From assembly GCA_043228905.1 (NCBI GenBank), contig JBHGNT010000024.1, positions 489,928-553,927 on the forward strand: 64,000 nt of DNA. Reading direction: 5' to 3'. The translations under genes and the position numbers were made by a program. The notes below the pieces were generated by a model that saw nothing but the letters and a program-made list of their open reading frames with translations, ran no database searches and was not told the origin of the DNA. Below are positions 55,671 through 64,000 of the stretch, piece after piece. Within the stretch, counting starts at the first letter, position 1. Each line of letters begins with the position of its first letter. This DNA comes from Azolla caroliniana. Its lineage: Eukaryota > Plantae > Polypodiophyta.

Positions 55671-58205
55671 ACCTGGCTCGTGTGATATCGGATTTTTGTG
55701 TTCAATCATGCAAATCGAAGCTAACAACGCTAGCTATGATATGGAATTAAAAAAACAAGATTTTGAAACTCAGGTCGAGAGACATGACGAAAATAGCAAA
55801 CTTGAGGAGGGAGTTGAGAAGAGCTAGTAGGTAAATTAAAATGTTCATACCGGGCTCGTGTGATATCGTATTTTTGTGTTCAATCATGCAAATCGAAGCA
55901 AACAACGCTAGCTATGATATGGAATTAAAAAATCAAGATTTTGAAACTCAGGTCGAGAGACATGACGAAAATAGCAAACTTGAGGAGGGAGTTGAGAGGA
56001 GCCCTTGAGTAAATTAAAATGTTCATACCTGGCTCGTGTGATATCGGATTCTTGTGTTCAAACATGCGAATCGAAGCTAACAACGCTACCTATGATATGG
56101 AATTAAAAAATCAAGATTTTCAAACTCAGGTCGAGAGACATGACGAAAATAGCAAACTTGAGGAGGGAGTTGAGAGGAGCCCTTGAGTAAATTAAAATGT
56201 TCATACCTGGCTCGTGTGATATCGGATTTTTGTGTTCAACCATGCAAATCGAAGCTAGCAACGCTAGCTATGATATGGAATTAAAAAATCAAGATTTTGA
56301 AACTCAGGTCGAGAGACATGACGAAAATAGAAAACTTGAGGAGGGAGTTGAGAGGAGCCCTTGAGTAAATTAAAATGTTCATACCTGGCTCGTGTGATAT
56401 CGGATTTTTGTGTTCAAACATGCGAATCGAAGCTGGCGACGCTACCTATGATATGGAATTAAAAAATCAAGATTTTGAAACTCAGGTCCAGAGACATGAC
56501 GAAAATAGCAAACTTGAGGAGGGAGTTGAGAAGAGCTAGTAGGTAAATGAAAATGTTCATACCTGGCTCGTGTGATATCGGATTTCTGTGTTCAATCATG
56601 CAAATCGAAGCTAACAACGCTACCTATGATATGGAATTAAAAAAACAAGATTTTGAAACTCAGGTCGAGAGACATGACGAAAATAGCAAACCTGAGGAGG
56701 GAGTTGAGAAGAGCTAGTAGGTAAATTAAAATGTTCATACCGGGCTCGTGTGATATCGGATTTTTGTGTTCAATCCTGCAAATCGAAGCTAGCAACGCTA
56801 GCTATGATATGGAATTAAAAAATCAAGATTTTGAAACTCAGATCGAGAGACATGACGAAAATAGCAAACTTGAGGACTGAGTTGAGAAGAGCTAGTAGGT
56901 AAATTAAAATGTTCATACCTAGCTCGTGTGATATCAGATTTTTGTGTTCAAACATGCGAATCGAAGCTAACAACGCTACCTATGATATGGAATTAAAAAA
57001 TCAAGATTTTGAAACTCAGGTCGAGAGACATGACGAAAATAGCAAACTTGAGGAGGGAGTTGAGAAGAGCTAGTAGGTAAATTAAAATGTTCATACCGGG
57101 CTCGTGTGATATCGGATTTTTGTGTTCAATCATGCCAATCGAAGCAAACAACGCTAGCTATGATATGGAATTAAAAAATCAAGATTTTGAAACTCAGGTC
57201 GAGAGACATGACGAAAATAGCAAACTTGAGGAGGGAGTTGAGAAGAGCTAGTAGGTAAATTAAAATGTTCATACCTGGCTCGTGTGATATCGGATTTTTG
57301 TGTTCAATCATGCAAATCGAAGCAAACAACGCTAGCTATGATATGGAATTAAAAAATCAAGATTTTGAAACTCAGGTCGAGAGACATGACGAAAATAGCA
57401 AACTTGAGGAGGGAGTTGAGAAGAGCTAGTAGGTAAATTAAAATGTTCATACCTGGCTCGTGTGATATCGGATTTTTGTGTTCAATCATGCAAATCGAAG
57501 CAAACAACGCTAGCTATGATATGGAATTAAAAAATCAAGATTTTGAAACTCAGGTCGAGAGACATGACGAAAATAGCAAACTTGAGGAGGGAGTTGAGAG
57601 GAGCCCTTGAGTAAATTAAAATGTTCATACCTGGCTCGTGTGATATCGGATTTTTCTGTTCAACCATGCAAATCGAAGCTAGCAACGCTAGCTATGATAT
57701 GGAATTAAAAAATCAGGATTTTGAAACTCAGGTCGAGAGACATGACGAAAATAGCAAACTTGAGGAGGGAGTTGAGAAGAGCTAGTAGGTAAATTAAAAT
57801 GTTCATACCTGGCTCGTGTGATATCGGATTTTTGTGTTCAATCATGCAAATCGAAGCTAACAACGCTAGCTATGATATGGAATTAAAAAAACAAGATTTT
57901 GAAACTCAGGTCGAGAGACATGACGAAAATAGCAAACTTGAGGAGGGAGTTGAGAAGAGCTAGTAGGTAAATTAAAATGTTCATACCGGGCTCGTGTGAT
58001 ATCGTATTTTTGTGTTCAATCATGCAAATCGAAGCAAACAACGCTAGCTATGATATGGAATTAAAAAATCAAGATTTTGAAACTCAGGTCGAGAGACATG
58101 ACGAAAATAGCAAACTTGAGGAGGGAGTTGAGAGGAGCCCTTGAGTAAATTAAAATGTTCATACCTGGCTCGTGTGATATCGGATTTTTGTGTTCAAACA
58201 TGCGA
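52866..58205 (+). repeat. 12-monomer HOR type b: two full and one partial copy (another copy at 46992-49127)
   Basis: Unit starts at 52866, 55002 and 57138; ttttcaaact at 53985 and 56121. Confidence 0.9.
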
Positions 58206-61200
58206 ATCGAAGCTGGCGACGCTACCTATGATATGGAATTAAAAAATCAAGATTTTGAAACTCAGGTCGAGAGACATGACGAAAATAGCAAACTTAAGGA
58301 GGGAGTTGAGAAGAGCTAGTAGGTAAATTAAAATGTTCATACCTGGCTCGTGTGATATCGGATTTTTGTGTTCAATCATGCAAATCGAAGCAAACAACGC
58401 TAGCTATGATATGGAATTAAAAAATCAAGATTTTGAAACTCAGGTCGAGAGACATGACGAAAATAGCAAACTTGAGGAGGGAGTTGAGAAGAGCTAGTAG
58501 GTAAATTAAAATGTTCATACCGGGCTCGTGTGATATCGGATTTTTGTGTTCAATCATGCAAATCGAAGCTAGCAACGCTAGCTATGATATGGAATTAAAA
58601 AATCAAGATTTTGAAACTCAGGTCAAGAGACATGACGAAAATAGCAAACTTGAGGAGGGAGTTGAGAGGAGCCCTTGAGTAAATTAAAATGTTCATACCT
58701 GGCTCGTGTGATATCGGATTTTTGTGTTCAAACATGCGAATCGAAGCTGGCGACGCTACCTATGATATGGAATTAAAAAATCAAGATTTTGAAACTCAGG
58801 TCGAGAGACATGACGAAAATAGCAAACTTGAGGAAGGAGTTGAGAAGAGCTAGTAGGTAAATTAAAATGTTCATACCTGGCTCGTGTGATATCGGATTTT
58901 TGTGTTCAATCATGCAAATCGAAGCAAACAACGCTAGCTATGATATGGAATTAAAAAATCAAGATTCTGAAACTCAGGTCGAGAGACATGACGAAAATAG
59001 CAAACTTGAGGAGGGAGTTGACAGGAGCCCTTGAGTAAATTAAAATGTTCATACCTGGCTCGTGTGATATCGGATTTTTGTGTTCAAACATGCGAATCGA
59101 AGCTGGCGACGCTACCTATGATATGGAATTAAAAAATCAAGATTTTGAAAGTCAGGTCGAGAGACATGACGAAAATAGCAAACTTGAGGAGGGAGTTGAG
59201 AAGAGCTAGTAGGTAAATTAAAATGTTCATACCTGGCTCGTGTGATATCGGATTTTTGTGTTCAATCATGCAAATCGAAGCAAACAACGCTAGCTATGAT
59301 ATGGAATTAAAAAATCAAGATTTTGAAACTCAGCTCGAGAGACATGACGAAAATAGCAAACTTGAGGAGGGAGTTGAGAAGAGCTAGTAGGTAAATTAAA
59401 ATGTTCATACCTGGCTCGTGTGATATCGGATTTTTGTGTTCAATCATGCAAATCGAAGCAAACAACGCTACCTATGATATGGAATTAAAAAATCAAGAAT
59501 TTGGAACTCAGGTCGAGAGACATGACGAAAATAGCAAACTTGAGGAGGGAGTTGAGAGGAGCCCTTGAGTAAATTAAAATGTTCATACCTGGCTCGTGTG
59601 ATATCGGATTTTTGTGTTCAAACATGCGAATCGAAGCTGGCGACGCTACCTATGATATGGAATTAAAAAATCAAGATTTTGAAACTCAGGTCGAGAGACA
59701 TGACGAAATTACCAAATTGGAGGAGTGAGTTGAGAAGAGGTAGTAGGTAAATTAAAATGTTCATACCTGGCTCGTGTGATATCGGATTTTTTTGTTCAAT
59801 CATGCAAATCGAAGCAAACAACGCTAGCTATGATGTGGAATTAAAAAATCAAGATTTTGAAACTCAGGTCGAGAGACATGACGAAAATAGCAAACTTGAG
59901 GAGGGAGTTGAGAGGAGCCCTTGAGTAAATTAAAATGTTCATACCTGGCTCTTGTGATATTGGATTTTTGTGTTCAAACATGCAAATCGAACCTAGCAAC
60001 GCTACCTATGATATGGAATTAAAAAATCAAGATTTTGAAACTCAGGTCGAGAGACATGACGAAAATAGCAAACTTGAGGAGGGAGTTGAGAGGAGCCCTT
60101 GAGTAAATTAAAATGTTCATACCTGGCTCGTGTGATATCGGATTCTTGTGTTCAAACATGCGAATCGAAGCTAACAACGCTACCTATGATATGGAATTAA
60201 AAAATCAAGAATTTGGAACTCAGGTCGAGAGACATGACGAAAATAGCAAACTTCAGGAGGGAGTGGAGAGGAGCCCTTGAGTAAATTAAAATGTTCATAC
60301 CTGGCCCGTCTGATATCGGATTTTTGTGTTCAAACATGCAAATCGAAGCTAGCAACCCGTGTGATATGGAATTAAAAAATCAAGATTTTGAAACTCAGGT
60401 CGAGAGATGTGACGAAATTACCAAATTTGAGGAGTGATTTGAGAGGAGCCCTTGAGTAAATTAAAATGTTCATATCGGGCTCGTGTGATATCCGATTTTT
60501 GTGTTCAAACATGCAAATCGAAGCTAATAACGCTACCTATGATATGGAATTAAAAAATGAAGTTTTTAAAAGTCAAGTCCAGAGACATGACCACAATAGC
60601 AAACTTGAGGAGGGAGTTGAGAAGAGCCCTTGAGTAAATTAAAATGTTCATACCTGGCTCGTGTGATATCGGATTTTTGTGTTCAAACATACGAATCGAA
60701 GCTAACAACGCTACCTATGATATGGAATTAAAAAATCAAGATTTTGAAACTCAGGTCGAGAGACATGACGAAAATAAAAAACTTGAGGAGGGAGTTGAGA
60801 GGAGCCCTTGAGTAAATTAAAATGTTCATACCTGGCTCGTGTGATATCGGATTTTTGTGTTCAAACATGCGAATCGAAGCTGGCGACGCTACCTATGATA
60901 TGGAATTAAAAAATCAAGATTTTGAAACTCAGGTCGAGAGACATGACGAAAATAGCAAACTTGAGGAGGGAGTTGAGAGGAGCCCTTGAGTAAATTAAAA
61001 TGTTCATACCTGGCTCGTGTGATATCGGATTTTTGTGTTCAAACATGCGAATCGAAGCTGGCGACGCTACCTATGATATGGAATTAAAAAATCAAGATTT
61101 TGAAACTCAGGTCGAGAGACATGACGAAAATAGCAAACTTGAGGAGGGAGTTGAGAAGAGCTAGTAGGTAAATTAAAATGTTCATACCTGGCTCGTGTGA

Positions 61201-64000
61201 TATCGGATTTTTGTGTTCAATCATGCAAATCGAAGCAAACAACGCTAGCTATGATATGGAATTAAAAAATCAAGATTTTGAAACTCAGCTCGAGAGACAT
61301 GACGAAAATAGCAAACTTGAGGAGGGAGTTGAGAAGAGCTAGTAGGTAAATTAAAATGTTCATACCTGGCTCGTGTGATATCGGATTTTTGTGTTCAATC
61401 ATGCAAATCGGAGCAAACAACGCTAGCTATGATATGGAATTAAAAAATCAAGATTTTGAAACTCAGGTCGAGAGACATGACGAAAATAGCAAACTTGAGG
61501 AGGGAGTTGAGAGGAGCCCTTGAGTAAATTAAAATGTTCATACCTGGCTCGTGTGATATCGGATTTTTGTGTTCAAACATGCGAATCGAAGCTGGCGACG
61601 CTACCTATGATATGGAATTAAAAAATCAAGATTTTGAAACTCAGGTCGAGAGACATGACGAAATTACCAAATTGGAGGAGTGAGTTGAGAAGAGGTAGTA
61701 GGTAAATTTAAATGTTCATACCTGGCTCGTGTGATATCGGAATTTTGTGTTCAAACATGCGAATCGAAGCTGGCGACGCTACCTATGATATGGAATTAAA
61801 AAATCAAGATTTTGAAACTCAGGTTGAGAGACATGACGAAAATAGCAAACTTGAGGAGGGAGTTGAGAAGAGCTAGTAGGTAAATTAAAATGTTCATACC
61901 TGGCTCGTGTGATATCGGATTTTTGTGTTCAATCATGCAAATCGAAGCAAACAACGCTAGCTATGATATGGAATTAAAAAATCAAGATTTTGAAACTCAG
62001 GTCGAGAGACATGACGAAAATAGCAAACTTGAGGAGGGAGTTGAGAAGAGCTAGTAGGTAAATTAAAATGTTCATACCTGGCTCGTGTGATATCGGATTT
62101 TTGTGTTCAAACATGCGAATCGAAGCTAACAACGCTACCTATGATATGGAATTAAAAAATCAAGAATTTGGAACTCAGGTCGAGAGACATGACGAAAATA
62201 GCAAACTTCAGGAGGGAGTTGAGAGGAGCCCTTGAGTAAATTAAAATGTTCATACCTGGCCCGTGTGATATCGGATTTTTGTGTTCAAACATGCAAATCG
62301 AAGCTAGCAACCCGTGTGATATGGAATTAAAAAATCAAGATTTTGAAACTCAGGTCGAGAGATGTGACGAAATTACCAAATTTGAGGAGTGATTTGAGAG
62401 GAGCCCTTGAGTAAATTAAAATGTTCATATCGGGCTCGTGTGATATCCGATTTTTGTGTTCAAACATGCAAATCGAAGCTAATAACGCTACCTATGATAT
62501 GGAATTAAAAAATGAAGTTTTTAAAAGTCAAGTCCAGAGACATGACCACAATAGCAAACTTGAGGAGGGAGTTGAGAAGAGCCCTTGAGTAAATTAAAAT
62601 GTTCATACCTGGCTCGTGTGATATCGGATTTTTGTGTTCAAACATACGAATCGAAGCTAACAACGCTACCTATGATATGGAATTAAAAAATCAAGATTTT
62701 GAAACTCAGGTCGAGAGACATGACGAAAATAGCAAACTTGAGGAGGGAGTTGAGAGGAGCCCTTGAGTAAATTAAAATGTTCATACCTGGCTCGTGTGAT
62801 ATCGGATTTTTGTGTTCAAACATGCGAATCGAAGCTGGCGACGCTACCTATGATATGGAATTAAAAAATCAAGATTTTGAAACTCAGGTCGAGAGACATG
62901 ACGAAAATAGCAAACTTGAGGAGGGAGTTGAGAGGAGCCCTTGAGTAAATTAAAATGTTCATACCTGGCTCGTGTGATATCGGATTTTTGTGTTCAAACA
63001 TGCGAATCGAAGCTGGCGACGCTACCTATGATATGGAATTAAAAAATCAAGATTTTGAAACTCAGGTCGAGAGACATGACGAAAATAGCAAACTTGAGGA
63101 GGGAGTTGAGAAGAGCTAGTAGGTAAATTAAAATGTTCATACCTGGCTCGTGTGATATCGGATTTTTGTGTTCAATCATGCAAATCGAAGCAAACAACGC
63201 TAGCTATGATATGGAATTAAAAAATCAAGATTTTGAAACTCAGGTCGAGAGACATGACGAAAATAGCAAACTTGAGGAGGGAGTTGAGAAGAGCTAGTAG
63301 GTAAATTAAAATGTTCATACCTGGCTCGTGTGATATCGGATTTTTGTGTTCAAACATGCGAATCGAAGCTAACAACGCTACCTATGATATGGAATTAAAA
63401 AATCAAGAATTTGGAACTCAGGTCGAGAGACATGACGAAAATAGCAAACTTCAGGAGGGAGTTGAGAGGAGCCCTTGAGTAAATTAAAATGTTCATACCT
63501 GGCCCGTGTGATATCGGATTTTTGTGTTCAAACATGCAAATCGAAGCTAGCAACCCGTGTGATATGGAATTAAAAAATCAAGATTTTGAAACTCAGGTCG
63601 AGAGATGTGACGAAATTACCAAATTTGAGTGATTTGAGAGGAGCCCTTGAGTAAATTAAAATGTTCATATCGGGCTCGTGTGATATCCGATTTTTGTGTT
63701 CAAACATGCAAATCGAAGCTAATAACGCTACCTATGATATGGAATTAAAAAATGAAGTTTTTAAAAGTCAAGTCCAGAGACATGACCACAATAGCAAACT
63801 TGAGGAGGGAGTTGAGAAGAGCCCTTGAGTAAATTAAAATGTTCATACCTGGCTCGTGTGATATCGGATTTTTGTGTTCAAACATACGAATCGAAGCTAA
63901 CAACGCTACCTATGATATGGAATTAAAAAATCAAGATTTTGAAACTCAGGTCGAGAGACATGACGAAAATAGCAAACTTGAGGAGGGAGTTGAGAGGAGC
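58206..64000 (+). repeat. More diverged satellite zone containing a divergent 3-monomer cassette repeated three times
   Basis: The 12-mer order is lost and private SNPs are common (e.g. acttaagg, gtcaaga, gattctg, gacagg, gatgtgg). The cassette (aagaatttgg, cttcagg, ggccc, aacccgtgtg, gagatgtg, aatgaagtttttaaaagtcaagtcca, accacaat) starts at 60164, 62119 and 63362, with spacings of 1955 (11x178-3) and 1243 (7x178-3). Confidence 0.9.

Larger units (their letters stand above)
1..64000 (+). repeat. Tandem satellite DNA array, 178-bp monomer, about 360 copies, probable centromeric or pericentromeric satellite
   Basis: The motif atcgaagc recurs at 1, 179, 357, 535, 713 and then at 1068+178k through 60342. 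Consensus: atcgaagc(aaac/tagc/taac)aacgcta(g/c)ctatgatatggaattaaaaaatcaagattttgaaactcaggtcgagagacatgacgaaaatagcaaacttgaggagggagttgagaagagctagtaggtaaattaaaatgttcatacctggctcgtgtgatatcggatttttgtgttcaatcatgcaa. The array runs off both window ends. The centromeric role is inferred from monomer size and homogeneity only. Confidence 0.99.

Noticed and set aside
1-64000. CRISPR array or other repeat-spacer system
   Set aside because: There are no unique spacers. The whole 178-bp unit repeats with only a few substitutions, and there are no cas or other genes.
1-64000. Tandem 5S rRNA, tRNA, snRNA or spliced-leader gene array
   Set aside because: I found no recognisable 5S, tRNA or snRNA sequence and no Pol III A/B/C boxes in the monomer on either strand.
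1-64000. Embedded transposon (e.g. centromeric retrotransposon), telomeric repeats or array inversion
   Set aside because: The monomer phase is continuous across the window. There is no foreign sequence, LTR, TIR or strand switch beyond the ~10-bp inverted patch.
1-64000. Variant order as an information-bearing code
   Set aside because: The order of monomer variants is adequately explained by nested tandem duplications and recombination. Nothing points to a reading mechanism.

Overview
The whole 64-kb window is one uninterrupted head-to-tail satellite DNA array. It has about 360 copies of a 178-bp monomer (about 37% GC), all in one orientation. I see no protein-coding genes, RNA genes, transposon insertions or CRISPR spacers, and the three ORF-track entries are chance open frames. 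The nucleosome-sized monomer, very high identity and higher-order repeats (HORs) fit a eukaryotic, plausibly plant, centromeric or pericentromeric satellite. I cannot name the family or species. The array has a nested internal structure: 3-, 6-, 10- and 12-monomer HORs, including two 12-mer types that share a 7-monomer core; larger 33- and 45/52-monomer duplications; a young homogenised centre flanked by older haplotypes; and a more diverged zone after about 58.2 kb. The most unusual observations are two complex micro-indels that look locally templated, one from an inverted motif (about 1043-1052) and one from a direct motif 51 bp upstream (60356, 62311, 63554). I found no evidence of a novel gene-based system. 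The interest lies in satellite evolution and repair signatures. All comparisons were made by eye, so block boundaries are approximate.
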